Shown here in pieces: positions 53,012 through 62,897 of a DNA stretch of 64,000 bases. Position 1 is the stretch's first letter. Every line of letters begins with the position of its first letter. A model generated the notes under the pieces. That model saw only the letters and a program-made list of their open reading frames with translations. It made no database searches and had not been told where the DNA came from. The DNA comes from an uncultured Gemmatimonadales bacterium (lineage in GTDB: Bacteria > Gemmatimonadota > Gemmatimonadetes > Longimicrobiales > RSA9), in NCBI GenBank assembly GCA_963741945.1, contig CAVUKA010000008.1, positions 132,728-196,727 of the forward strand, in the 5' to 3' direction. The position numbers and the translations under genes are program-made.

Positions 53012-54260
53012 GACGGATCGCTTCCACGGGGAGCAGCCGCGACGCCTGCCTCGCCGGATAGATGGTGGCCACGAACGCCACCAGCACACTCACTCCCACG
53101 ATCAGCCCCAGGTCCATCCAGTCCAGGGCCACCGGGAGCGTGTCGAGGAAGTACACGTCGCCCGGGAGCGAGATGAACTTGTAGGTGTCGAGCAACCAGA
53201 CGAGGAAGAGCCCCAGCCCTGTCCCGAGGCCCGTGCCGACGATGCCGATCGCGAGTCCCTGCTGCATGAAGATGCGGAGCACGCGCCGGTCCGTCATGCC
53301 CATGGACTTGAGGATCCCGATCTCGCGCGTCTTGTCGGCCACCACCATGATCAGTGTGCTGATGATGTTGAACGCGGCCACCACCACGATGAGGGAGAGG
53401 ATCACGGCCATGGCCATCTTCTCCAGCTTCAGTGCCGAGAAGAGGGACGAGTTCAGCTGCAGCCAGTCCTGGGTGTAGAAGGGGAAGCCCAGCTTGCGCT
53501 CGATCCGCAGGCCGATCTGTTCCGCTCGCCACGGCTCGGTGACCTTCACGCCAACGCCGCTCACCGCATGATCCAGGTCCAGCAGGTCCTGCGCGGCCGA
53601 GAGCGACGTGTAGAGGTAGCTGGAGTCGTACTCGTACATCCCGGTGCTGAACCGGTCCGTGACTTCGAACTTCCGCATGGCCGGGACCGGCTGCCCGGCG
53701 GAGGCGGGCGTCTTGATGTTCTCGAACGAGGCCACCAGGACGGTGTCACCCGGGAACAGGTTCATCTTCTCCGCCAGCCGACGGCCCACGAGGAGGGGCG
53801 GATACCCGGAGGCCGTGGTCCCGAAGTCCAGCTTCCCCGACCGGATCTCTGCTTCGATCTGCGTGAGCGGTGGCTGGTCACCCCCGGGGACAATGCCGTA
53901 GAGCATCCCCGGCTGGGCGTAGTCCGTCCCGGGGACGAGCAGGCCCACCTGGGTCATGACGAACGGCTGCGCGGCCACCACGCCTTCCGTCGCTCTGGCC
54001 GAATCGGCCGCTGCGGCCCAGTCCTCCATCCGGAACCCGTGTCGACCGGACTGCTCGAACACGTAGATGTGAGGATTCAGGCCGATGATCTTGGCCTGGA
54101 GGTCGCGCTGGAGGCCCGTCATCACGGCGATCACGATGATCAGCGCGGCCACGCCGACGAACACGCCGCCCACGGCGATCAGCGTGATCAGCGAGACGAA
54201 CTGGCCCTTTCGCCGGGACGCCAGGTAGCGGCGCGCGATGAACCAGTCCAGGCGCTTCAA
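53004..54260 (-). CDS. lolE: Lipoprotein-releasing ABC transporter permease LolE/LolC
   Basis: IARRYL, GVAALIIVIAVMTG, FSTGMYEYD, VAAFNIISTLIMVV, YPARQAS. Confidence 0.92.
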
Positions 54261-55804
54261 CCGCCCTCCTCCGGCCGCATGGTGGGGAAGAGGATCACGT
54301 CCCGGATCGACGACGAGTCCGTCAGCAGCATCACCAGGCGGTCCACGCCGATCCCCACGCCACCGGTCGGCGGCATGCCATATTCCAGTGCCCGGAGGTA
54401 GTCCTCGTCCGTCATGAACGCCTCCTCGTCGCCTGCCTCGCGCATTCGCGACTGCGCCTCGAATCGCTCGCGCTGGTCGAGCGGATCATTCAGCTCGCTG
54501 AACGCGTTGGCGATCTCGCGACCCGCCACGATGAGCTCGAATCGCTCCGTCAGGCGCGGGTCGCCCCTCTTCGGCTTGGCCAGCGGCGAGAGCTCGCGGG
54601 GATAGTCCACGACGAACGTGGGCTGCACCAGTGTCGGCTCCACCAGCTCGCTGAACAGCGAGTCCAGGAGCTTGCCCCTCCCCATGGTTTCCACCCCGTC
54701 GATCCCCGCCCGGGCAGCGGCGGCGCGCAGGGCGTCGTCATCCATGGAGGCCGCGTCCACTCCCGCTTCCGCGAGCGAGCCCAGGAACGTGACACGGCGG
54801 TATGGCGGCGCGAGATCCACGGCATCCCCGTCCACCGGCACCCGGGCGGCTCCGGTGGTGCGCTCGGCCACGTGCGCGATCATGGACTCCACGCGCTCCA
54901 TCATGTCCCCGTAGTCCGCGAACGCCTCGTAGAACTCGAGCATCGTGAACTCGGGATTGTGCGTACGGTCGATCCCCTCGTTCCGGAAGTCCTTCGAAAT
55001 CTCGTACACGCGCTCCAGCCCGCCCACGATCAGCCGCTTCAGGTAGAGCTCGTCGGCGATCCGGAGATAGAGCCGCATGTTCAGGGCGTTGTGCTGCGTC
55101 GTGAACGGACGCGCCAGTGCGCCGCCGTAGATCGGCTGCAATACCGGGGTTTCGACCTCGATGTAGCCGCGCTCATCCAGGAACTCGCGAAGGGCGCGAA
55201 CCACCCTGGCGCGGGTGACGAACCGGGACCGGACGTCCGGGTGCACCGCCAGGTCGGCGTAGCGCTGCCGATAGCGCTGCTCCATGTCGGCGAACCCGCT
55301 GTGGACCACCCGCTCGCCTGTGGCCTCGTCCTCCTCCACCTTGCCGAACGGGAGCGGCCGGAGCGATTTCGCCAGCAGCTCGAAGCTGTCCACCCTGACG
55401 CTGGCCTCCCCGCTCCGCGTGCGCATGGTTGGCCCGCGCGCCCCCACCCAGTCGCCGATGTGCAGCAGTCGGAGCCGGGCATACGCTTCCTCTCCCACCA
55501 CGTTCTGGCGGAAGAACAGCTGGATGCGGCCGGACCGGTCCTCGACATCGGCGAACGTGGCCTTCCCATGCCCGCGCAGCGACACCAGGCGGCCCCCCAC
55601 CGCCACGTCCGGACCGAGGACGTTCTCGTCCAGGCGCCCGTCCGCCTCCGCGGCATCGAAAGCCCGGACGGCCTCCGCCGCTTCGTGCGTGCGCGCGTAC
55701 CGGTACGCGTACGGCTCCGTCCCGGACCGCCGCAGCTCCTCCAGCTTCTCTCGCCGGTCGCGCTCGACCTGGCTCCGCCCCTCCGCTTCCGTCCCCGTGC
55801 TCAT
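54257..55804 (-). CDS. lysS: Lysine--tRNA ligase (class II)
   Basis: GGALARPF, LRIADELYLKRL, FRNEGIDRTHNPEFT, YGMPPTGGVGIGVDRL. Confidence 0.97.
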   Translation of the reverse strand: MSTGTEAEGRSQVERDRREKLEELRRSGTEPYAYRYARTHEAAEAVRAFDAAEADGRLDENVLGPDVAVGGRLVSLRGHGKATFADVEDRSGRIQLFFRQNVVGEEAYARLRLLHIGDWVGARGPTMRTRSGEASVRVDSFELLAKSLRPLPFGKVEEDEATGERVVHSGFADMEQRYRQRYADLAVHPDVRSRFVTRARVVRALREFLDERGYIEVETPVLQPIYGGALARPFTTQHNALNMRLYLRIADELYLKRLIVGGLERVYEISKDFRNEGIDRTHNPEFTMLEFYEAFADYGDMMERVESMIAHVAERTTGAARVPVDGDAVDLAPPYRRVTFLGSLAEAGVDAASMDDDALRAAAARAGIDGVETMGRGKLLDSLFSELVEPTLVQPTFVVDYPRELSPLAKPKRGDPRLTERFELIVAGREIANAFSELNDPLDQRERFEAQSRMREAGDEEAFMTDEDYLRALEYGMPPTGGVGIGVDRLVMLLTDSSSIRDVILFPTMRPEEGG

Positions 55805-56911
55805 GCCACCTTCGCGCCAAACTCCTTGAGATACGCTTCGATCAGCGGGTCCAGGTCTCCGTCCATCACGCGCTGGACATCGCCGACCTTCAGCTCCGTG
55901 CGGTGATCGGTCACCTGCGTGTACGGCTGGAACACGTACGATCGGATCTGGTTCCCCCACGCGATCTCCGTCTTCTCCGATTCCAGCTTCTGCCGCTCCG
56001 CCTCGCGCTCCTCCACCTCACGCTCGTACAGCGCCGCCTTCAGCATGCGCATTGCGGTGGCCTTGTTCTGGAACTGGCTCCGCTCCTGCTGACACGCCGC
56101 CACGATCCCGGTGGGGATGTGCGTGATGCGAACGGCGGAGCTGGTCTTGTTGACGTGCTGCCCACCGGCCCCCGAGGCCCGGAAGGTGTCCACGCGCAGA
56201 TCCTTGTCCTGGATGTCGATGGCGATCTCGTCATCGACCACGGGATAGACGAAGACGCTCGCGAAGGAGGTGTGGCGTCGGCCCTGGGCATCGAACGGGG
56301 AGATCCGCACGAGCCGGTGAACCCCCTTCTCCGCCTTGAGATAGCCGTACGCGTACGCCCCCCTGAACTCCAGCGTCACGCTCTTGATCCCCGCTTCCTC
56401 ACCGGGCATCAGGTTGAGGACCTCGACATCGTAATCGTGCGAGTCGCCCCAGCGGCTGTACATGCGCATGAGCATCTCCGCCCAGTCCTGCGACTCGGTG
56501 CCGCCCGCGCCCGGGTGGATCGTGACCAGGGCGTCCCGGTGGTCGTCCTGGCCGCGCAGCATGTTCCGCAGCTCCAGTCGCTCGATCTCGCGTTCCAGCG
56601 CTTCCGACTCACCCTCGATCTCGGCACGCAGCTCCGCGTCGCCATCCGGGTCCGCGTCCAGGAGCTGAGCGAGCTCCAGCAGGTCGGCCGCCTTCGCGCG
56701 CGCCCGGTCCCAGGGCTGGATCCAGCCCTTCAGATCGTTCACCTCGATGCTGACCGTCTTCGCCCGGTCCGGCTCGTCCCAGAACCCGGGCTCCACCATC
56801 TGCGATTCCAGCTCCTCGAGACGGCTCCGCTTCGCGGCTACGTCAAAGATAGCCTCCGAGCGAATCCACCCGCTCTCGCTGAGATTCCAGCCGTTCCAGT
56901 GCTTCCGACAT
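55801..56911 (-). CDS. prfB: Peptide chain release factor 2 with programmed +1 frameshift
   Basis: ORF1 MSEALERLESQRERVDSLGGYL-stop from ATG 56911; ORF2 has the SPF and GGQ motifs. Confidence 0.96.
56842..56857 (-). promoter_or_regulatory. prfB +1 frameshift cassette
   Basis: GGAGG-CTAT-CTT TGA C: internal SD plus the slippery CTTTGAC. Confidence 0.95.
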
Positions 56912-56976
56912 GCCTTCTCTCCTAATGCGAGGGGCCGCCCGGAACGGGACGGCCCCATGTTCTCCTCACGACGCCG

Positions 56977-57005
56977 AACATAACGGCGGCTCCGGCCACC
57001 GGCAA
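56977..57005 (-). promoter_or_regulatory. Putative sigma70 promoter for prfB and the downstream run
   Basis: TTGCCG-N17-TATGTT. Confidence 0.55.
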
Positions 57006-57018
57006 CACGGCCGGACGG

Positions 57019-57474
57019 TCAGAAAACCTTCGCTCCGTCGGCCAGGATCTCGTTCAGCGCGTCGCGAAAGTACGGCGTGCGCTTCGCCATCGATTCCCCC
57101 ACCTGGTCGACGAACTCGTCCCAGCTCCTGAGGATCTCATCGCGGAATTCCCGGCGCAGCGTTCCCAGCCGCAAACCGTCCGCCCAACGCTCCGGATGAT
57201 ACACCTTGATGTCGGAAACGAGCGCACGCGCCAGCCGCCTCGCCCGGATGTCGGGATCCTGCGGGCCGAAGATCGGAGAGCCCGCCCCCACCCCCATGCC
57301 TCCGTCGTGCGGCACCGCTTCGCCGGCCGCCACTTCGCCGGGCGCCAGCTCCAGCACCCCGCCGATGCGGAAGCGATCGCCGCAGTCACGGCAGCGCGTG
57401 ACCACGCCGGCCGCGGGCACGCGCGCAGGGTCCACGCGGTAGATGCTGCCACAGCCGGGGCACGACACGTTCAC
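57019..57474 (-). CDS. MJ0042-type zinc ribbon fused to a helical, RomX-like domain
   Basis: CPGC..YRVDPARVP..GVVTRCRDC, linker, then RARRLARALVSDIKVYH...YFRDALNEIL. Confidence 0.75.
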   Translation of the reverse strand: MNVSCPGCGSIYRVDPARVPAAGVVTRCRDCGDRFRIGGVLELAPGEVAAGEAVPHDGGMGVGAGSPIFGPQDPDIRARRLARALVSDIKVYHPERWADGLRLGTLRREFRDEILRSWDEFVDQVGESMAKRTPYFRDALNEILADGAKVF

Positions 57475-58475
57475 GGCTGCGCGCTCCCATCACCCCCGTC
57501 GCCGTCCGCGGGGTGATCGGCGGACCCCGGCAGCCGTTCCATGGGCGGATCCGCGCGCCGGTCCACGGCATGGAGAGAGCCCGGGAGCGTCTTGGCGTAC
57601 GACTTCATCTCCGTGGCGAGCTCGCTCACACGCGCGGGATGCGTGAACGTGCGCGCGCGGTTCGTCACCACTCCGATGGAGAGCGTCATGAGCGGGATCT
57701 CGTGGAGCTCGCCGCGGCGATCCCGCGCCATGTAGCCGCCCCGGCGGCGATCGTCATCCGTGTACTGGAAGGGGATGAGCGTGTCGAAGATCTCGAGGAT
57801 CTCGCGACACACGCCCTCCATGACTTCGAGCGGGACGTTGAAGATGAAATCGTCGCCCCCGATATGCCCGATGAAGCCGGCGGGCGAGTGCGCCTTGACC
57901 ACGTCGCGGAGGATGCGCGAAAGCAGCGTGATGACGTTGTCGCCCCGGTTGTAGCCGTAGCGATCGTTGAACTCCTTGAAGTGGTCCAGGTCGGCGTAGC
58001 AGACGGCGAACTTCTCGCCGCTCCGGATCCGCTCGGTGATGTCGCGCTCGATCTGGGCCGTGCCGGGCAGCCGCGTGGATGGGTGAACGCTCACGTCCCG
58101 TTCCGCGCGGTTGAGCGTCACCTGCAGCCGGATCGCACGCTCCTCCGACGACATGTCCGGCGTCAGGAGCTCGTCAGCGCCGGCTTCCATGGCCCGGAGC
58201 CCATGACCGCGATCCGCTTCGTCGATGAAGATCACGGGTATGACGGCGCTGAAGGCGTCCCGCTTGAGCGCCCGGCAGGTGGCGATCGCCTGGTCGTCGA
58301 TGGGGCTGCCCATGACGATGCACGCCGGAAAGCTGCGGTTCACCAGCTCGATGATGGATTCGCAGTCGTCCATCTCGACCAGGCTCAGCCCGTTCCGGTC
58401 CACGAACGCCGTCACCAGCGCGGGCGGCCTGCGCTGTTCGGGCGAGTAGAACGCCACCACCGGCTTGGAGTGCAT
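57471..58475 (-). CDS. Diguanylate cyclase with degenerate receiver domain
   Basis: HPSTRLPG, YADLDHFKEFNDRYG..RGD, GHIGGDDF, LSIGVV; N-terminal REC-like segment (IPVIFI, AMEAGADELL). Confidence 0.88.
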   Translation of the reverse strand: MHSKPVVAFYSPEQRRPPALVTAFVDRNGLSLVEMDDCESIIELVNRSFPACIVMGSPIDDQAIATCRALKRDAFSAVIPVIFIDEADRGHGLRAMEAGADELLTPDMSSEERAIRLQVTLNRAERDVSVHPSTRLPGTAQIERDITERIRSGEKFAVCYADLDHFKEFNDRYGYNRGDNVITLLSRILRDVVKAHSPAGFIGHIGGDDFIFNVPLEVMEGVCREILEIFDTLIPFQYTDDDRRRGGYMARDRRGELHEIPLMTLSIGVVTNRARTFTHPARVSELATEMKSYAKTLPGSLHAVDRRADPPMERLPGSADHPADGDGGDGSAQP

Positions 58476-58519
58476 CGCCGTACGTCAGGGGAATGCCAGT
58501 TGGGGAGAACCGGAGGGAG

Positions 58520-58549
58520 AAGGTACCCGATCGGCTACGAGCATGTCAA
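58520..58549 (-). promoter_or_regulatory. Putative sigma70 promoter for the DGC / zinc-ribbon operon
   Basis: TTGACA-N18-TACCTT. Confidence 0.6.
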
Positions 58550-58558
58550 AGGCCGCCA

Positions 58559-60676
58559 TCATGCTCCGGGGTTCTCCGACTCGATCAGCTGGAAATCGAT
58601 CTTCCGCTCCTCGAGGTTCACACCGGCCACCTGCACCGTCAGGCGGTCCCCGAGCCGGAAGCGTCGGCCCGTGTGCTCGCCCAGGAGCGCGAAGCGGTCT
58701 TCCTGGAATACATAATAGTCATCGTCCAGCGAGCTCACGTGGATCAGCCCGTCCACGAAGTACCGGTCCAGGAGCACGAACAGCCCGAACGACGTCACTC
58801 CGCTCACCGTTCCGGTGAACGCGTCCCCGAGATGCTGCTCCATGAACTCGACCTTCTTCAGGTCCACGCTGTCCCGCTCCGCATCCACGGCTACGCGCTC
58901 CCTCTCGCTGGTCTGCCTCGCCACCGCCGGCAGGGTTTCCGTGCGCATCTCCTCCGAAACGCGCTCGCCTCGAATCAGCGCCTGGATCACCAGGCGGTGG
59001 ACCACGAGGTCCGAATAGCGGCGGATCGGTGACGTGAAATGCGTATAGAAGTCCGTGGCCAGCCCGAAGTGGCCCAGCGCTTTCTCACTGTACCTTGCCC
59101 GCTTCATCGACCGCAGCACCACCGTGGAGACCAGGGTTTCCTCCGGACGGTCCTCGAACCGGGCGATGGCACCCTGAAGGTCCTTCGGCGTGGGCTTCTC
59201 GGGGATCCGGACCCCGAGCCCCGCCAGGAAGCCGCGCAGCTGCTCGACCCGCTCCGGGTCCGGCGGCTCGTGGACCCGGTGCAGGAACGGCAGCTTGCGC
59301 CGGCCGGCATCCCGGTCCACGACTTCATTGGCCAGGATCATGTAATCCTCGATCAGCCGATGGCTCTCCAGCCGCAGCACTCGCTGGATGTCCGTCGGCT
59401 CCCCCGTCGCGTTCAGCACCACGCGCGCTTCCGGGAGGTCGAAATCGATACTGCCCCGGGCCTCCCGCTTCGCGCGCAGCTTCCGACTCAATGCGACCAG
59501 GAAGCGGAGTGCCTCCTCCGTTTCCCCGCTCACCCCCGCCTTGCCGTCCAGGACGTTCTGGGCGTCATCATAGGAGAGGCGGTGCGCGCTCCGGATCACG
59601 GTGCGGGCCAGCTCGTGGCCGCGCACTTCCGCGTCGTCATCCAGCCGGAGCAGGAGGGAGACGGCCAGCCGGTCCTCGTGGGGCCGCAGCGAGCACAGGT
59701 CCCCCGAGAGTGCTTCGGGAAGCATCGGGATGACGCGATCCACCATGTACACGCTCGTGCCCCGCCGGAACGCCTCCAGGTCGATGGCACCGCCCTCCTC
59801 CACGTACTGGGACACGTCCGCGATGTGCACCCCCACCTCCCACAGGCCGTCCTCGCGCCTCTGGATCGATAGCGCGTCATCGTGGTCCTTCGCGTCGGGA
59901 GGGTCGATGGTGAAGACGAGCCGCCCTCGCAGGTCGAGGCGGCCCTCCAGGTCCTCCGGGCGGATACCCCGGTCGCGCAGCGCCTCCGCTTCCGCCTCTA
60001 CTTCCCCCGGGAACTCCAGGGGAAGCTCGTGGCCGAACGCGACCGTGAGCACGTCGACGCCCGGGGAGCCGAGCCGGCCGAGCACGCGGTCCACCGATCC
60101 CGCAGGGCCCCGGTGCACGTCGCCCCAGCTCTCGACCTTCACCACCACCACATCGCCGTCCGCCGCACCGCCATCCTGGCCGGGCGGCACGAACACGTCG
60201 CGCGCGAGCCGCTGGTCCTCCGGCACCACGAAGCCGAAGCTCCGCGCGGGGTGGTATACGCCCACGATCGTGCTGCGCGCGCGCTCCAGGACTTTGATGA
60301 TCCGCCCCTCGGGGCGCCCGCCGCGAGGGCTCTTTTCCACCCGGGCAACCACCTTGTCGCCGTCCACCGCCGACCCGAGGGCGTTACCGGGCACGTAGAT
60401 GTCCGGGCCATCGCCCTCCTCGCGTGCCACGAACCCGGCGCCGCTCCGGATCGTCTGCAGGCGGCCCACCGCCAGATTGATCCGCTGCGGCAGCGCGAAT
60501 CGCTGACCCTTGACCCGATAGAGGACCCCGTCCTCCACCAGGCGGTCGAGGAAGTCCTTGAATTCGGCGTACTCTTCCTGGCCGACGTCGAGCGCGTGGG
60601 CCAGCTCCTTGGTCTTGAGAGGGCGCCGCGCCTCGTCCTGGAGGTGCCGGATGACCGCTTCGGCGGTGGTGTTCAT
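58559..60676 (-). CDS. rnr: Ribonuclease R
   Basis: FTIDPPDAKDHDDA, VHIADVS, HFGLA..YTHFTSPIRRYSDL, C-terminal S1 domain. Confidence 0.96.
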   Translation of the reverse strand: MNTTAEAVIRHLQDEARRPLKTKELAHALDVGQEEYAEFKDFLDRLVEDGVLYRVKGQRFALPQRINLAVGRLQTIRSGAGFVAREEGDGPDIYVPGNALGSAVDGDKVVARVEKSPRGGRPEGRIIKVLERARSTIVGVYHPARSFGFVVPEDQRLARDVFVPPGQDGGAADGDVVVVKVESWGDVHRGPAGSVDRVLGRLGSPGVDVLTVAFGHELPLEFPGEVEAEAEALRDRGIRPEDLEGRLDLRGRLVFTIDPPDAKDHDDALSIQRREDGLWEVGVHIADVSQYVEEGGAIDLEAFRRGTSVYMVDRVIPMLPEALSGDLCSLRPHEDRLAVSLLLRLDDDAEVRGHELARTVIRSAHRLSYDDAQNVLDGKAGVSGETEEALRFLVALSRKLRAKREARGSIDFDLPEARVVLNATGEPTDIQRVLRLESHRLIEDYMILANEVVDRDAGRRKLPFLHRVHEPPDPERVEQLRGFLAGLGVRIPEKPTPKDLQGAIARFEDRPEETLVSTVVLRSMKRARYSEKALGHFGLATDFYTHFTSPIRRYSDLVVHRLVIQALIRGERVSEEMRTETLPAVARQTSERERVAVDAERDSVDLKKVEFMEQHLGDAFTGTVSGVTSFGLFVLLDRYFVDGLIHVSSLDDDYYVFQEDRFALLGEHTGRRFRLGDRLTVQVAGVNLEERKIDFQLIESENPGA

Positions 60677-61659
60677 GGAGCCTGTCGTATGGGAATTCGG
60701 AGTCCGACCCGCCAGCGCACGCCGGCCCGGTCGGGGTCGATTCGGTTCTCGAGCCGCACGTCGCCCGCGAGCACGCGGGCGGCGAGGAACGCATCCACCG
60801 CGGACACGAGGTGGTTGGCCAGGATGAGGCCGGCCGCCAATCCCGCCTGGCGCGCCCGGCCGTCCGCGTCGTCGATCAGCCCACGGAAGCGGGCGAGCTC
60901 CGTTTCGTGTCCGGTCCAGCTCCAGATGAACGCGGGACCGATGGCATGGGCTCCGTAGTAGTCCAGGGCGCGGGCATACCCCGGCGTCCCGGGCTCCGCG
61001 CTACCTCCCGGGGCATAGAGCGACAGCGCCAACGCCCAGATCTGGCCGTTGTACGTCCCGGCGTCCGACTCGGGCTGAAGCCCCGGGTTCGAACCGTCCA
61101 CGTCGTAACGACCGCTCTCGGCATAGTGACTCATGGCCTCGTAGTAGCCCCAGGGCCCATCCTCGCGCGCCGCTCCGCCAGGCTCCCGCGCCACATCCCA
61201 CGCCAGGTCTCGATACGCTCGTGAGAATCGCGCCTCGTCACGCACCGCGTCCACGCGCACCCCCCAGAACGCCAGCTCCGTCGCGCCGTACACCACCCAT
61301 CGGCGCAGTCCGAGCGCGCCCTGTCCCGCGCCCGGAAGCAGCAGCGATGCGCTGAACGCTCCCACCGGGGACCGCAAGACGGCGACCAGCTCCTGGCCGC
61401 CGCGCGCGGGGGCGGCGGCCCCGTGCCTCCCCTCCGGCGTCCGCGACGAGGGCGTCGCCCACAGCGCCGAGGGGCGCGGGCCCGGGACCGCGCCGCCCCG
61501 GTGGGACGCCTGCGCCGCCGCCCCACAGGCCGCGGCCAGGATCGCCGCGCAGGCGACGAACACTGCCGGGGCGGGGAGCGCCGCGGCCATGGCCCGGCGC
61601 CGCGCGCCTGCGCTCCGTCGCCCGGACGGGCGGGCCGGGAATGCCGCGTCAGAATGCAA
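60673..61659 (-). CDS. Hypothetical exported / membrane protein
   Basis: Hydrophobic N-terminal segment, SLLLPGAGQ motif, YYEAM..Y, ANHLVSAVDA; overlaps both neighbours. Confidence 0.65.
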   Translation of the reverse strand: MHSDAAFPARPSGRRSAGARRRAMAAALPAPAVFVACAAILAAACGAAAQASHRGGAVPGPRPSALWATPSSRTPEGRHGAAAPARGGQELVAVLRSPVGAFSASLLLPGAGQGALGLRRWVVYGATELAFWGVRVDAVRDEARFSRAYRDLAWDVAREPGGAAREDGPWGYYEAMSHYAESGRYDVDGSNPGLQPESDAGTYNGQIWALALSLYAPGGSAEPGTPGYARALDYYGAHAIGPAFIWSWTGHETELARFRGLIDDADGRARQAGLAAGLILANHLVSAVDAFLAARVLAGDVRLENRIDPDRAGVRWRVGLRIPIRQAP

Positions 61660-62635
61660 TGGAGAAGGAGACCTGGTACGGTTCGGTGTCCGCCGCCAGG
61701 CTCGAATTGACGAACGACCGGGAGACGGCGATGTCGAAACGATTGTAGTGCAGCTCGATTCCCACCGCCGCGCCCGTGGCGAGCCCTTCGCCGGGCGTGT
61801 AACCGGCGCGCAGGAAGATCAGGTCCTGCATCGCGAGCTCCAACCCCACCGAAGGCGTGTAGTGGCCCGACCGCCGCGGCTCGTCCGTGATCTCTCCCGA
61901 GACGCGGAGGGCCAGCAGACTGTCGGTCGGCGTATTCGCCAGAAGGTCGTACGACGCACCCACGTGAACGCGTGTGGGCAGCGGGTCGGCCTGGGCGGCG
62001 TTCTCCACCTGCAGCCCGAAGCCCACGTTGGAGGCCGAGATGCCGAGGGTGAGTGCCGGGTTCCACGAGGGCTGATAAAGGATCCCGAAGTCGGCCCCGT
62101 GTGTGGTTGCGACGTTCTCCTCGCTGCCGCACGCCCCGCGGCAATCGATGCGCTGCTGGAACATGCGATAGTTGACACCGGCCGAGATCCCGCCGGTGAT
62201 GGTCGTGCCGAAGGAAGCCACCAGCAGGTGGTCACGGAACGTCAGCTCCCCCGTGGGCTGTCCTGTGGGGTCGGTGGTCACGATGCTGCCGTTGTCGAAC
62301 AGCTCGTACGAGAGCGCGAACACACTCGAGAGCGCGGGGACGAGCAGGCTGAACGCGTCGATCTGCGGGCCCACGCTCTGGTCGTCCCAGTGGTGCACCA
62401 CGAACGTGGTCCGCTCGATGGGCGCCAGCCCCGCCGGGTTGGCGAACACGGCGTCCGCGCCCACCAGCGCCACGGTTGCCCCACCCATGGACGTGGCCCG
62501 GGCGCCCACCGGAAGCAGCAGCAACGGACAGCAGTCGTTCGTGCTGCCCTCCGGCTCTCCGGACTCCTGGGCACGGACGGCACCCGGGTATGCGGCAAGC
62601 GCCCCGAGGCAGACGAGGGCGATGCGCACGGCCAT
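61649..62635 (-). CDS. PorV/PorQ-family outer-membrane beta-barrel
   Basis: LLLPVGARATSMGGA, DAVFANPAGL, DFGILY, SNVG, LPTRVHVG, VGLEL...FLRAGY, C-terminal Phe. Start ATG 62635 or GTG 62716. Confidence 0.8.
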   Translation of the reverse strand: MAVRIALVCLGALAAYPGAVRAQESGEPEGSTNDCCPLLLLPVGARATSMGGATVALVGADAVFANPAGLAPIERTTFVVHHWDDQSVGPQIDAFSLLVPALSSVFALSYELFDNGSIVTTDPTGQPTGELTFRDHLLVASFGTTITGGISAGVNYRMFQQRIDCRGACGSEENVATTHGADFGILYQPSWNPALTLGISASNVGFGLQVENAAQADPLPTRVHVGASYDLLANTPTDSLLALRVSGEITDEPRRSGHYTPSVGLELAMQDLIFLRAGYTPGEGLATGAAVGIELHYNRFDIAVSRSFVNSSLAADTEPYQVSFSIAF

Positions 62636-62717
62636 GGCCGCCTGGCCGTGCCGCCGCGTCCGCGCGCGGACACGCCGTCTGCCGGACCGCCGGGGCGCCT
62701 GCAACCGGTGCTCCACG

Positions 62718-62897
62718 TCAGCGATCGTCCCGCTCCAGCGGCCGGGCCTCGTCCACCAGCATGATGGGGATGTCGTCGCGGACGGCGTAGCGCAGCGCAC
62801 ACGCCCGGCAGATCAGCTCTTCCGGTTCCGCCCGGTGCTCCAGCCGCCCCTTGCACTTCGGGCAGACCAGGATCTCCAGCAGTGCGTCATCGAGCAT
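62718..62897 (-). CDS. Trm112/YcaR-family protein (59 aa, not in the ORF track)
   Basis: MLDDALLEILVCPKCKGRL...LICRACALRYAVRDDIPIMLVDEA. Confidence 0.9.
   Translation of the reverse strand: MLDDALLEILVCPKCKGRLEHRAEPEELICRACALRYAVRDDIPIMLVDEARPLERDDR

Noticed and set aside
56840-56850. In-frame stop in prfB read as a pseudogene or sequencing error
   Set aside because: It is the canonical CTT-TGA-C programmed frameshift.
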